Virus record (IMG/VR): IMGVR_UViG_3300026541_000034
Span: 3,257-67,256 of that record
Strand: one strand, 5' to 3'
From: a virus
Lineage: Duplodnaviria > Caudoviricetes
DNA: 64,000 bases
Every line of letters starts with the position of its first letter. Position 1 is the stretch's first letter. The position numbers and the translations under genes are program-made. The notes beneath the pieces were generated by a model, which worked only from the letters and a program-made list of their open reading frames with translations, searched no databases and was not told the DNA's origin. Below are positions 7,273 through 16,298 of the stretch, in pieces.

Positions 7273-7437
7273 CTACTCTGGGTTCGCTAGGAGCCAGAGC
7301 CGGACTTGTTCGAGGGCTTCGCGATCTGAGTCCGTGAGCGTCGGTTTCGCCGGTTTGGCGTGGCGCTTTCGGGTTGCCCAGACCGAGTCCCGTTCGCCTA
7401 TCGGCGTTGGGGTTCGGCGTGGTTCGCCTGGCTGCAT
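7273..7437 (-). CDS. Small basic protein (54 aa)
   Basis: MQPGEPRRTP..LWLLANPE*, SD AAGGAC, followed by a GC hairpin at about 7243-7267. Confidence 0.55.
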   Translation of the reverse strand: MQPGEPRRTPTPIGERDSVWATRKRHAKPAKPTLTDSDREALEQVRLWLLANPE

Positions 7438-7505
7438 CGTGCGTGTCCTTTTCGTTGCTGTACCCTAGATATGGGGATTCCGAGGTGGTTTTGCAAGTCG
7501 AAACC

Positions 7506-7569
7506 GATCACGATTTGATCACACCGTGTCACGATTTCGTGACCGTGATTGCGTTCACATTTTCGTGAC
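7506..7569. promoter_or_regulatory. Array of three TCAC..GTGA-type palindromes (operator or packaging-protein sites)
   Basis: GATCACGATTTGATC, GTCACGATTTCGTGAC, TCACATTTTCGTGA in the divergent non-coding region. Confidence 0.55.
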
Positions 7570-7804
7570 AATCTGGGGCAAAAGCAGAACGCTTTCCATA
7601 ATGTTTATTATGCGAATCAAATCAGTGGCATATTTACCACGCTCTCACGCTCACCTATAGGTCAACGCCTGCCCACGCTGTGGCCCACGCCAGCCCTGCC
7701 GCTCGCTCGCGTGCCAGTCGCTGGCGCTCTGGGCCTGGGCCTGGGCGCGGCGCTCTACAGGAAGGCCGCACACCCCCTGGCGTCTGGCGCGGGGTCTCCA
7801 GACC

Positions 7805-7833
7805 TCATCATTCGTCCAGACAAATCCAAACGG
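7805..7833 (+). repeat. 29-nt repeat, copy 1
   Basis: TCATCATTCGTCCAG-N7-CAAACGG. Confidence 0.8.
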
Positions 7834-7852
7834 GTTTTAGGGATCACGGTTT

Positions 7853-8104
7853 ATGGATGCGAAGCTTAGGACGTGGGCAGATGCCAATTCCGCAGAGGCA
7901 ATAGTTAAGGGTGCGCGCGATCTTATGCACTTTGTCGATCGGCTTGAGCGTCACGACAGGGAGCAAGCGATAAACAATATGATTTGCCGGTGCGGTCACA
8001 GGCATGCTGATCATACTAAATCTTACTGCATCAACTACACGGGTGGTTTTTGCAAGATTTGCGACTGCAAGAATTTTCTTTACGACGCGGAAAAAACAAT
8101 ATGA
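7853..8104 (+). CDS. Hypothetical protein with Cys/His zinc-finger-like motif
   Basis: CRCGH.HADH..C..C.ICDC. Confidence 0.65.
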   Translation: MDAKLRTWADANSAEAIVKGARDLMHFVDRLERHDREQAINNMICRCGHRHADHTKSYCINYTGGFCKICDCKNFLYDAEKTI

Positions 8105-8397
8105 AACTGGAAGTAGATTTATTGCGAGAAATTCTACTTTTCGCCAATGATACGCTGGGGCACATGGCGCCGGAAGATTTCAATGATTATCCACGAGATA
8201 TTGCTCTTGATCAGTTTCAATTTTTGGTTGATAGCAAGCTGGTGCATGGTACGTACATTGATGGTTGTCTATGTGGTTTACGCGGTCTTACAAGGCATGG
8301 CCGTCGCAAAATGGCCAGCGTCCCAGATTCGAAAGTTTGGAAGTCGGCCATCAGGTCTGTTCGGGAAGAATATTTTCTGGTGCATTTAGCGGTATAG
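8101..8397 (+). CDS. DUF2513-like winged-helix protein
   Basis: MK.EVDLLREILL..GLTRHG pattern; paralog of 16299-16667. Confidence 0.6.
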   Translation: MKLEVDLLREILLFANDTLGHMAPEDFNDYPRDIALDQFQFLVDSKLVHGTYIDGCLCGLRGLTRHGRRKMASVPDSKVWKSAIRSVREEYFLVHLAV

Positions 8398-8402
8398 CCA
8401 TT

Positions 8403-8431
8403 TCATCATTCGTCCAGCGGATTTCAAACGG
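8403..8431 (+). repeat. 29-nt repeat, copy 2
   Basis: TCATCATTCGTCCAG-N7-CAAACGG. Confidence 0.8.
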
Positions 8432-8584
8432 ACTACCGCAGCGCGATCTAGGCGCTAGATACCATCCAGGCGCCACGGAGCAGCCGCGCAGCGAGCGTTA
8501 GCTCATAGCTAGCAATATTGGCTACGTCGGCGGAGCGCGCATCAAGCCACCCTTCACGCAACTCTAGACGGAGATTACACACTC

Positions 8585-9061
8585 ATGGATTGTGATGGTG
8601 ATACCAAGCAAGTTAGAATTTTCAATGTAGAGGGTGATCCAGGCCCAGCCGGCCCGGCGGGTGATCCTGGAGCGCCGGGGTTGCGAGGAGAAGCTGGTTT
8701 TCCTGGACAGGCGGGTCCAGCAGGCGTTGCTGGTCAACCGGGGCGGCAAGGGCTGAATGGGTTGGATGGGCTGCAGGGCGATCAAGGACCTCCTGGGGCG
8801 CAAGGTCCAGCAGGACCTTCCCTCAATATTCCAGTTTTTGCACTGATGCACGACTTTCCAAGTGATGGTTCGATCTTATTGGCTTTTTACCGGCCTCCAT
8901 ATGGCATATCTAACAATACCGGTGGCAAAGCAGTAGATCAGCAATTATTGCATTTTGTTGGTGGCAATGGAAAATGGAGCGATATTGAGATTTACCGGGA
9001 TGCTACTAAAACCACACGAATAGGTACATCTACTAGAACGGGATGGCGCGCATTATGGTAA
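8585..9061 (+). CDS. Collagen-like protein (21 Gly-X-Y triplets) with a small C-terminal domain
   Basis: [14 protein letters not shown] followed by G-X-Y run; SD GGAG. Confidence 0.85.
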   Translation: MDCDGDTKQVRIFNVEGDPGPAGPAGDPGAPGLRGEAGFPGQAGPAGVAGQPGRQGLNGLDGLQGDQGPPGAQGPAGPSLNIPVFALMHDFPSDGSILLAFYRPPYGISNNTGGKAVDQQLLHFVGGNGKWSDIEIYRDATKTTRIGTSTRTGWRALW

Positions 9062-9118
9062 TATGCGCACTGATTATGTGCGGCTTGGGTGGCGTTTTTA
9101 AACGGAGATTACCTTGTT

Positions 9119-9454
9119 ATGGAATGCAATACTGACACTAAGCAGGTTCGAGTTTATAATATTGAGGGTGATCCTGGACCTGCTGGACCTATGGGTCCAC
9201 CTGGTCCCGCTGGCACCGGTTCTCTTATTTATGATAATCTGAGTAATTTTCCTACGGATGGCTCTGCTTTGATAGCTTATTTCCAGCCGGAGTTTGGCAT
9301 AAACAGGAATGGCGGCGTATATGCTGATCGGATATGTTGTTTTTTTGCAGGAGGCAACGCTCCACCTGCAAGCGTTTTGTTTTTTACGAATGCTGAGAGG
9401 ACTCAACAGACGAGTGCCAGATTACAGCCAGGGTGGGTAGTCTTGTATTTTTGA
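9119..9454 (+). CDS. Collagen-like paralog (about 5-6 triplets)
   Basis: [28 protein letters not shown]; same GGAGATTAC start context and C-terminal domain. Confidence 0.85.
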   Translation: MECNTDTKQVRVYNIEGDPGPAGPMGPPGPAGTGSLIYDNLSNFPTDGSALIAYFQPEFGINRNGGVYADRICCFFAGGNAPPASVLFFTNAERTQQTSARLQPGWVVLYF

Positions 9455-9573
9455 CTTAGGGCCTAGACACCGCTCTTCACCCACGCTAAATTGATTGATC
9501 GCCGCCAAGCACACCCGATATAGGGGACATTGAAGGGCCGCACGCGGACACGTTCGGCTCTTCATCCTGGTTG

Positions 9574-9586
9574 CTTCCGGAACACA
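9574..9586 (+). repeat. 13-bp direct repeat, left of the R-M module
   Basis: CTTCCGGAACACA. Confidence 0.85.
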
Positions 9587-9597
9587 TTGCCTGGGGT

Positions 9598-10587
9598 ATG
9601 AATATCAAATCTTTAAATACAGGTCTCCGTAAGGCAGCCAAAGCAAAGAAAGACGAGTTTTATACCCAGCTTGGTGATATTGAAAAAGAGCTAAAACACT
9701 ACAAAGATCAATTCCGCGGCAAAGTAGTATTTTGCAATTGCGATGACCCAAGAGAAAGCAATTTCGTCAAATATTTCAGCATGAATTTTGAACATTTGGG
9801 GTTGAAGAAATTGATCGCTACACATTTTCAAGATGCGGATTTATTTACGAGAGAGCATCCATATAAATTGGAATACACTGGCGATAAAAACGCTAACCGC
9901 ATACCTGATCCAGACGAGTTTACTATCGAGATGATAGGTACTGGCGACTTTCGTAGCGAAGAGTGCATAGAGCTGCAGAAAGAAGCTGATATTGTCGTAA
10001 CTAACCCGCCATTTTCTCTGTTTCGTGAGTATCTGGCACAGCTTGTGGAATATGAAAAAAAGTTTTTGATTATCGGTAGTAAAAACGTAATTACTTATAA
10101 AGATGTATTTCCTTTGATAAAGGAAAACAAAATGTGGCTTGGGTATGGATTTGAAAGAGGTAATGCATATTTTCAGACGCCATATAGCAATGATAGCTAT
10201 GCAAGCGGCGTGTACAATCCAGAAACCGGCCTTGTAAAATTTCGTAATGTAGGTTGGTTTACAAACCTTGATACCACAAAGCGTCACGAAGATTTGGTTC
10301 TTTACAAAAAATACACTCTCGCAGAATTTCCTAACTATGATAACTACGATGCGATCAATGTTAATAAAGTAGCTGACATACCAATGGATTATGACGGTTT
10401 TATGGGCGTACCGATTACCTTCACTGATAAATACAATCCTGACCAATTTGAAATGTTTGGGATAATGAACACGGGTGAAGAGAACAAGGGTATAAGGTAT
10501 GAAGGAACGCCTCATGGCAGGCCAGTAATCAACGGCGTTGAAAAATATTTGCGTATTTTAATAAAAAATAAGAAAATAAATAATTAA
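9598..10587 (+). CDS. Adenine-specific DNA methyltransferase, EcoRI-methylase family
   Basis: AKKDEFYT, VFCNCDDP and VTNPPFS motifs. Confidence 0.92.
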   Translation: MNIKSLNTGLRKAAKAKKDEFYTQLGDIEKELKHYKDQFRGKVVFCNCDDPRESNFVKYFSMNFEHLGLKKLIATHFQDADLFTREHPYKLEYTGDKNANRIPDPDEFTIEMIGTGDFRSEECIELQKEADIVVTNPPFSLFREYLAQLVEYEKKFLIIGSKNVITYKDVFPLIKENKMWLGYGFERGNAYFQTPYSNDSYASGVYNPETGLVKFRNVGWFTNLDTTKRHEDLVLYKKYTLAEFPNYDNYDAINVNKVADIPMDYDGFMGVPITFTDKYNPDQFEMFGIMNTGEENKGIRYEGTPHGRPVINGVEKYLRILIKNKKINN

Positions 10588-10588
10588 T

Positions 10589-11680
10589 ATGAAAATTGAG
10601 CTGCATAGAATCCCTGTGCGTGAAGTTATTGTCGGCTACAAAGACAGCGCCGAGGAAGGTGTAGTTGCTTACGATGGCAAGCTCGACATCCGACCAAGAT
10701 ATCAGCGTGAATTTATCTATACCGGCGATCAACGCAACGCCGTAATCAAAACAATCAAAAATGACTTCCCGCTCAATGTGATGTACTGGGTTAAAACTGG
10801 TACGGGTAATTTTGAAGTGATGGATGGTCAACAGCGCACTATTAGCATCGGGCAATATATAAACGGAGACTTTTCAATTAAAAATATCTATTTCCATAAT
10901 TTAAAGGATGAAGAACAAAACCAAATTTTGGATTATGAATTAATGGTTTACTTCTGTGAGGGCACAGACAAAGAACGACTTGACTGGTTCGAAATTGTCA
11001 ATATTGCCGGCGAAAAATTGACCGATCAAGAAATACGTAATACAGTTTACACTGGACCATGGCTTTCAGACGCAAAACTAAAGTTTAGTAAAACAGGTTG
11101 TGTCGCATACTTGTTAGCAAGCGAGCATGGATTGCTTTTAAAGGGTTCCCCAATACGTCAAGAGTACTTAGAGACTGCGTTATCGTGGATCAACTACGGA
11201 GAAGTTGCCGACTACATGGCAAAACACCAGCATCACGAATACGCTGACGAGCTGTGGAATTACTTTCAAAATGTCATTGCGTGGGTGGGCAACGTTTTTC
11301 CAAATTATCGCAAGCAAATGAAAGGTATTGGGTGGGGGGTTCTTTATAATAAGTTTCAAAATAAATCTTTTAATGCCGACGAACTGGAAGCTGAAATAGC
11401 CGAATTAATTCAAGACGACGATGTAACCAGTATTTCTGGCATTTATCCTTATGTACTGACTAGGCAAGAGAAATATCTCAACCTTCGAGCATTTAACGAC
11501 AAAATCAAGCAAGCTACCTACGAACGGCAAAAAGGTATCTGTGCTAAATGTGGTGAGTATTTTAAAATAGAGGAAATGGAAGCGGATCACATAACGCCTT
11601 GGCACGAAGGCGGCAAAACAACTTCAAAAAACTGTCAGATGTTGTGTGCGACTTGTAATCGCGTAAAAGGAGATCAATAA
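10589..11680 (+). CDS. DUF262 (GmrSD-like) plus C-terminal HNH endonuclease
   Basis: RPRYQREF, VMDGQQR, EADHITPW..GGKT..NCQMLC..CN. Confidence 0.92.
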   Translation: MKIELHRIPVREVIVGYKDSAEEGVVAYDGKLDIRPRYQREFIYTGDQRNAVIKTIKNDFPLNVMYWVKTGTGNFEVMDGQQRTISIGQYINGDFSIKNIYFHNLKDEEQNQILDYELMVYFCEGTDKERLDWFEIVNIAGEKLTDQEIRNTVYTGPWLSDAKLKFSKTGCVAYLLASEHGLLLKGSPIRQEYLETALSWINYGEVADYMAKHQHHEYADELWNYFQNVIAWVGNVFPNYRKQMKGIGWGVLYNKFQNKSFNADELEAEIAELIQDDDVTSISGIYPYVLTRQEKYLNLRAFNDKIKQATYERQKGICAKCGEYFKIEEMEADHITPWHEGGKTTSKNCQMLCATCNRVKGDQ

Positions 11681-11704
11681 ATAGTGAGGTCATGGTCACG
11701 GCAT

Positions 11705-11717
11705 CTTCCGGAACACA
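11705..11717 (+). repeat. 13-bp direct repeat, right of the R-M module
   Basis: CTTCCGGAACACA. Confidence 0.85.
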
Positions 11718-11906
11718 AAGCCCAAGGCCATTCCCTCTACGAAGAGCACCGCTCCTGTACAGCCTGGGCACTGGGGCCAATAGTTCACGGCGACTATGAC
11801 GGTGATGACGAACGCGGCGCTTAGGCCGGCTAATATCAGATTTTTCATACTTTCATCATATTTCGTGTACAGTGGTTCGTCCAGGCAAAACGAATCGGGG
11901 GATCGA

Positions 11907-12179
11907 ATGAAGAAGCACATGCTGGGCGACGCACCGATAGAGCCATCGTTGCATGCGGACATGAATGCGCTGGCAAGCGCGATTGATGGATATCTGAACG
12001 AGGGCGCTACGGGCAAGGCCCGGAAGAATGGGTTTGTTCTTCTCGTTTTCCCGTTTGGCAACAATGACGGGCGCTGCAATTTCATTTCGAACGGCGCCGA
12101 CCGCAAAGACGTCGTTATTTTGATGAAAGAAATGATTGCTCGTTTCGAGGGCCAGCCGGAGATAGTGGGCCATGCCTGA
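11907..12179 (+). CDS. Conserved hypothetical phage protein
   Basis: GFVLLVFPFG..NFISNGADRKD; SD GGGGGA. Confidence 0.75.
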   Translation: MKKHMLGDAPIEPSLHADMNALASAIDGYLNEGATGKARKNGFVLLVFPFGNNDGRCNFISNGADRKDVVILMKEMIARFEGQPEIVGHA

Positions 12180-12432
12180 GATGGGAGCAACGGGGGAATT
12201 CCCAGACGGCAAACTTACGCCGGACGATGAAGGCGCACTCCAGTTCTCCATAGGACATCAGGACGGCAAGGTTGTGCTAGACTTCGGAACGCCCACGGTT
12301 TGGATCGGCATGGAACCACAGCAGGCGAGAGACCTTGCGCGATGTCTTTTTGATCATGCGCGGCGATGCTCGGATGCGAAGGGGCCTGGAATGCCACCCA
12401 AGCAAGGGGGATGTCATGGACAAAGAGATTGA
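12172..12432 (+). CDS. Conserved hypothetical phage protein
   Basis: GATGEFPDGKL..DEGAL..VVLDFG..WIGM. Confidence 0.7.
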   Translation: MPEMGATGEFPDGKLTPDDEGALQFSIGHQDGKVVLDFGTPTVWIGMEPQQARDLARCLFDHARRCSDAKGPGMPPKQGGCHGQRD

Positions 12433-12685
12433 AGTAGAGACGGCTGAGGAGCAACTGGCTGAGTGGGTCAAGGGAAACTCACTTCACGGCTATCAGTGTT
12501 GCCCGGATTTTAGCTGTTGTCAGGATCACTTCAAAGCTCCTCGCGCGGTACGTGAAAAGTTTGCAGCCGCGAACGAGGCAGATAGAATGGAGTTCCTGAA
12601 AATGTTCTTAGCCGAAGCCTTTGCCGAAGCCTTCGCGGAGAAGAACGTCCATATTGCCGGAGATGAGCCTGGAATTACAAATTGA
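12416..12685 (+). CDS. Hypothetical protein with CCPDFSCC motif
   Basis: Motif in translation; overlapping operon arrangement. Confidence 0.7.
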   Translation: MDKEIEVETAEEQLAEWVKGNSLHGYQCCPDFSCCQDHFKAPRAVREKFAAANEADRMEFLKMFLAEAFAEAFAEKNVHIAGDEPGITN

Positions 12686-12692
12686 GAACAAC

Positions 12693-12890
12693 GTGGACGG
12701 CAGAATATTACCAGAATGGGTAGCGCGGGACTGTGGCCCCTGCTGCCGCGAATATATGCCCCTCTCCGCGAAGCAGCGAAAGTGCGAGCACCATGCATTC
12801 GAATGGACGCGGCACCTCCAGCGCTGTCTTGTGTGCGGCCTAAGCCGATCGCGCATAGTAGACATGAGGCTGGCGGAATTCATCAGATAG
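12693..12890 (+). CDS. Cys/His-rich small protein
   Basis: CGPCC..CEHH..CLVCG; start uncertain. Confidence 0.5.
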   Translation: MDGRILPEWVARDCGPCCREYMPLSAKQRKCEHHAFEWTRHLQRCLVCGLSRSRIVDMRLAEFIR

Positions 12891-12909
12891 CATAGAAAGG
12901 GAAATAGCC

Positions 12910-13080
12910 ATGGCAAAAAAGCGCGCATTCAAGAGCAAAACGAGCACTCCTGCCGAGACTTCCCCCGGTAGCATAGGGGTACTGTCTACGGGGAAGCGTA
13001 TCAAGACAACGTCGATAAGTCCGGATAGTGGAAGATTGCGGCGGACCTCGGTCCAGGGTAGGAAGCTGGGTCTAAGGTAA
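12910..13080 (+). CDS. Small basic (K/R/S/T-rich) peptide
   Basis: MAKKRAFKSK..RKLGLR*, SD AAGGGA. Confidence 0.55.
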   Translation: MAKKRAFKSKTSTPAETSPGSIGVLSTGKRIKTTSISPDSGRLRRTSVQGRKLGLR

Positions 13081-13083
13081 GCA

Positions 13084-13242
13084 ATGAAGCCAACGAGGCA
13101 AGATATTCTAGAAGATTTCAGCATGGAGGACGACATGACGCCCGCGCTTCTGAAGGCGTACATTTTTCGCTATCCCCAATTAGAGGATGAGCTTCAGGAA
13201 ATCTACCTCCTGTATACGTTTGGCGATCTTGAGGTGGAATGA
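13084..13242 (+). CDS. Small acidic protein
   Basis: MKPTRQDILEDF..RYPQLEDEL; coupled to the next gene. Confidence 0.55.
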   Translation: MKPTRQDILEDFSMEDDMTPALLKAYIFRYPQLEDELQEIYLLYTFGDLEVE

Positions 13243-13505
13243 TGGGAGAATGTGCCCGAACGTTTCATAATGAGGGCATTTGGCGCGTCATCAAAGCGAA
13301 GACCGACCCAATTCATGGGCGTGTAATATTGACGGAGGCGCTGGAGATTCCGCTCGCCGGATGCTTACTGCATGTTACTACAGAGCATTTCAATCACGAT
13401 GGTTTGATTGACAGGATGGTGGACATGATATTTGTTCCTGGCGTTTGCATTAAAGTCGCGGAGGAGTGGACTGGAGATCCTGTTTACTTGCTGGCAAAGC
13501 TCTAG
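13239..13505 (+). CDS. Hypothetical protein, paralog of 14095-14367
   Basis: T.A.EI...GCL..VT....M.FVPGV pattern. Confidence 0.7.
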   Translation: MMGECARTFHNEGIWRVIKAKTDPIHGRVILTEALEIPLAGCLLHVTTEHFNHDGLIDRMVDMIFVPGVCIKVAEEWTGDPVYLLAKL

Positions 13506-13506
13506 C

Positions 13507-13680
13507 ATGAAGACATACATGATATTTGGGCGTTTATTGGGAATTTGCTCCGTGGTCTTCGGATTGTATATATTGATTTTCGAAATATTCTACGCAACGT
13601 TCGTCTCAGCATTTGCACTGGCAGTCGTTGCGGTGCTGGTATTCGTTGGGATCTCCATGGTGATGGAAGACGGGAGCTGA
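13507..13680 (+). CDS. Small two-helix membrane protein
   Basis: Almost entirely hydrophobic 57 aa. Confidence 0.6.
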   Translation: MKTYMIFGRLLGICSVVFGLYILIFEIFYATFVSAFALAVVAVLVFVGISMVMEDGS

Positions 13681-13684
13681 AATC

Positions 13685-13897
13685 ATGAAAATTGAAGAGC
13701 TGCAGGCGATGAGGGAGTGGGCTCAAGGCAAGATAGCCACCGGTGCAGAGCCCCCGTGGGCTTGGTATCAGTACATGAAGCTGATCGAGACGCTCGACGC
13801 TATTATTGGTGGCATGGAGTGCACTGTTCGGATGGATCTTCCGGAAGATAAGGGAACCGGCCATTTGCGAGTGATTCCGGTAGTTTTGCCGATGTGA
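13685..13897 (+). CDS. Hypothetical protein (EPPWAWYQYMKL motif)
   Basis: 70-aa ORF, SD GGGAG. Confidence 0.7.
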   Translation: MKIEELQAMREWAQGKIATGAEPPWAWYQYMKLIETLDAIIGGMECTVRMDLPEDKGTGHLRVIPVVLPM

Positions 13898-13974
13898 GGT
13901 TTAGTCAGCACAGGAAAGCATTCAGAGTGGAGGGCCTGTGTCCCTGTGAAGCTCTAGCTCAAAAGGAGATTATT

Positions 13975-14085
13975 ATGGGTGCACATCCAAGAAAAGCTTC
14001 ATCTCATATGCCGAAATCTGCTACGAAGAAGGCTACGAAGAAGCCGAAGAAGCGGAAAACTGGCCATAAGACGAGTCACAATTAA
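13975..14085 (+). CDS. Lys-rich peptide
   Basis: MGAHPRK..KKATKKPKKRK; SD AGGAG. Confidence 0.55.
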   Translation: MGAHPRKASSHMPKSATKKATKKPKKRKTGHKTSHN

Positions 14086-14094
14086 GGAGCAGGC

Positions 14095-14367
14095 ATGAAT
14101 GGTAAAGGGCCATTGACTTTGGTTCCGGATCACGGCGGCGATCAGGATGCATGGACATTCATTTGCAGGGTCAATATTGATGGATTCGAGGAAACGACCA
14201 GGGCGATGCAAATTAGCGATAAGGGCTGCTTAGTGCAGGTTACTGCGAAGCGTTACAATCAGCAGCGCAATGAATATGGGTCATGGGTCATAGCCAAGTC
14301 GCTAACGTTTGCACCTGGCGTCAAAGTGGTGAAGGTATTCGGAAGCGATACCTTTACGCTAGAGTAG
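14095..14367 (+). CDS. Hypothetical protein, paralog of 13239-13505
   Basis: TRAMQI..GCLVQVT..LTFAPGV; SD AGGAG. Confidence 0.75.
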   Translation: MNGKGPLTLVPDHGGDQDAWTFICRVNIDGFEETTRAMQISDKGCLVQVTAKRYNQQRNEYGSWVIAKSLTFAPGVKVVKVFGSDTFTLE

Positions 14368-14377
14368 GAATGCGCGG

Positions 14378-14500
14378 CTAAACCGCAAATAGCGCCACGA
14401 GCACGAACGCGCTGAATATAAGCGACATAACTGGCGCTTCGTAGAACGCCTCTGCGATCAAGCAGAGCGCAATTACCCCTATCCAAAACAAAATTACCAT
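14378..14500 (-). CDS. Antisense-oriented two-helix membrane peptide (40 aa)
   Basis: MVILFWIGVIALCLIAEAFYEAPVMSLIFSAFVLVALFAV*. Confidence 0.45.
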   Translation of the reverse strand: MVILFWIGVIALCLIAEAFYEAPVMSLIFSAFVLVALFAV

Positions 14501-14559
14501 AGTTCATCGTATTGCACTTGCGATCGTGTGTCCAGGCAAAACCATAAGGAGTTCGTATT

Positions 14560-14895
14560 ATGACTACGACTACTGATCTTATTGAAATGGCATTTACAGC
14601 TGCTGGCGTGCCGTCGCCTGTCACAGATCAACAGACTAAAGCCTTGAGCTGGCTCAAGTTTATGACGGAGTCCTGGACAGTACAGGGTATTACTGTCTCC
14701 TTCGATGATATTGTTGCAGATGTTGAGCTTAACGAAAGTGAAGGTAGCTCTTCTGCGATTGTTAGTAACTTAGCTGTGTTGCTTGTTTTAAATCTTGATC
14801 TTACTGTCTCGAACGCAAAGTTCACAAACTTAGATACTGCCGCTATGAGAGATCTTGCCATGCTCAAGAAGGTTTTCCCACCCGCCGAGGATTGA
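14560..14895 (+). CDS. P22 gp4-like head-tail adaptor homolog (orphan)
   Basis: DLIEMAF.AAGV..M..SW..QGI..SAIVSNLA resembles the gp4 pattern DL..AAL.K.GV..M..W..GI..SAV..NLA. Confidence 0.55.
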   Translation: MTTTTDLIEMAFTAAGVPSPVTDQQTKALSWLKFMTESWTVQGITVSFDDIVADVELNESEGSSSAIVSNLAVLLVLNLDLTVSNAKFTNLDTAAMRDLAMLKKVFPPAED

Positions 14896-14953
14896 CGCCC
14901 AGCGCGCGTAGGCGCATAGTGGAGGCTTAGAGCTTATTTCATGAGGCGGGGCA

Positions 14954-15238
14954 ATGCACACGAAAGACATTCTCGCAGTGGAGCTGCATAAGGCTGGCTT
15001 AGTCGATATGGCCGTGAAGGCTGGGCAGGGCTACTATCATGATTATTTATCGCCTCTTGACTTCCCATCCTTACAACTCTCTACGGACCTTATGGAAGCA
15101 GGAACGCCGGCAGCTCTCTCTCTGTGCGACCGCCAGATAAAAGGCGAGTTCGAAGCGAGTAAGGAGGAGGTTGACGATTGGTCTGTGAGCCCAGAAGCTA
15201 AAGAGATTTTTGCGGAGCTGATAGGTGATAAGAAATAA
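14954..15238 (+). CDS. Conserved hypothetical phage protein
   Basis: GYYHDYLSPL..GEFEASKEE. Confidence 0.75.
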   Translation: MHTKDILAVELHKAGLVDMAVKAGQGYYHDYLSPLDFPSLQLSTDLMEAGTPAALSLCDRQIKGEFEASKEEVDDWSVSPEAKEIFAELIGDKK

Positions 15239-15736
15239 TTGGAACAGGTAACACCAGAGCAGTGTAAGCAGGTTGTCCGCGAGGAAGACTTATCGTGGCT
15301 CGGCCATCACAGATGCTTCATGTGTCAGTCGATGGTGGGGTATTCATTCGCACTTTTTGATGGCGAGCTTACTGTAGCGTTTCTGAGTTCATGCTCATGT
15401 AGCTATGGAGTGAATGTTGAGATGCGATCGTGGGAATCGTTCGCGGATGAGTTCAATATACAAGAGCCCGAAGTCCGAAAGCAGATGTGGAAGAGGTTCA
15501 AAGCTGGTAAGCCGCTTCACGAATTTGACGAGGATACCAAGCCTTTTATCCCTATTCATAACGCTGATGATTGGAAGCTCATATCTATAGCCCTGAGTGA
15601 CGACAAACGGCGTATTGAATGTGTGTTGACAATGAAGAGTAAGGATGGGGGCCGTTGGGTCAAGAGAGTGACCATGCAAAGAAAAAAAGATGGTTTAGTT
15701 TGCTTTGACGAAAGCTCGGTTTATGAGCGGGATTGA
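15239..15736 (+). CDS. Hypothetical protein with Cys motifs
   Basis: HHRCFMC..SCSC; TTG start. Confidence 0.65.
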   Translation: MEQVTPEQCKQVVREEDLSWLGHHRCFMCQSMVGYSFALFDGELTVAFLSSCSCSYGVNVEMRSWESFADEFNIQEPEVRKQMWKRFKAGKPLHEFDEDTKPFIPIHNADDWKLISIALSDDKRRIECVLTMKSKDGGRWVKRVTMQRKKDGLVCFDESSVYERD

Positions 15737-15742
15737 TGGAAA

Positions 15743-15928
15743 ATGACATTTTTTGGTTGGTTCGTTGGGGATTTTTTAGTTCTATGTATTCTCCTATTAA
15801 TTAGTTATTCCCTTTACCAGATTACGAAGTGTCTCCGGGATATAGTTAGCATAATGCGTAATAGGGTAGAGGCCGACCTCGTGAGAGAAGAAAATCGGCT
15901 TCGTAAGGCTGTGAATGACTCACGATGA
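15743..15928 (+). CDS. Small membrane-anchored protein
   Basis: N-terminal hydrophobic helix. Confidence 0.55.
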   Translation: MTFFGWFVGDFLVLCILLLISYSLYQITKCLRDIVSIMRNRVEADLVREENRLRKAVNDSR

Positions 15929-16295
15929 ATTCAAACATATGGTCGATCGCGATGCTGTCAAGGTGAGATTCAGGCTCGCGGCGCGTATGTTGCTCTTTTA
16001 TCATTATCCGGGATTGCAAGAACGGGTTTATACGCCGAGATATTTGATTATGCGTATTTCAGCGCACGCAGCGCAAGTATTTTCACTTTTGTCACTTTTT
16101 TTTGCACCGCTGTACGTTCCTTTGGCTTTGGTATTGTATAGCTATTGGATGACCACGATATTAATTCGCTGTGTGGATGGTGTTTTATTGGATGTGGCGC
16201 TGGCGGACAGACGTTTCTACGAATCGGCACTGGGTAAGAAGGTTCTCGTCATTACTATCGCCCCGTGGGCGCGGAAGCAGCTACAAATAGGATAG
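15915..16295 (+). CDS. Membrane protein
   Basis: Central hydrophobic segment. Confidence 0.6.
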   Translation: MTHDEFKHMVDRDAVKVRFRLAARMLLFYHYPGLQERVYTPRYLIMRISAHAAQVFSLLSLFFAPLYVPLALVLYSYWMTTILIRCVDGVLLDVALADRRFYESALGKKVLVITIAPWARKQLQIG

Positions 16296-16298
16296 GAT

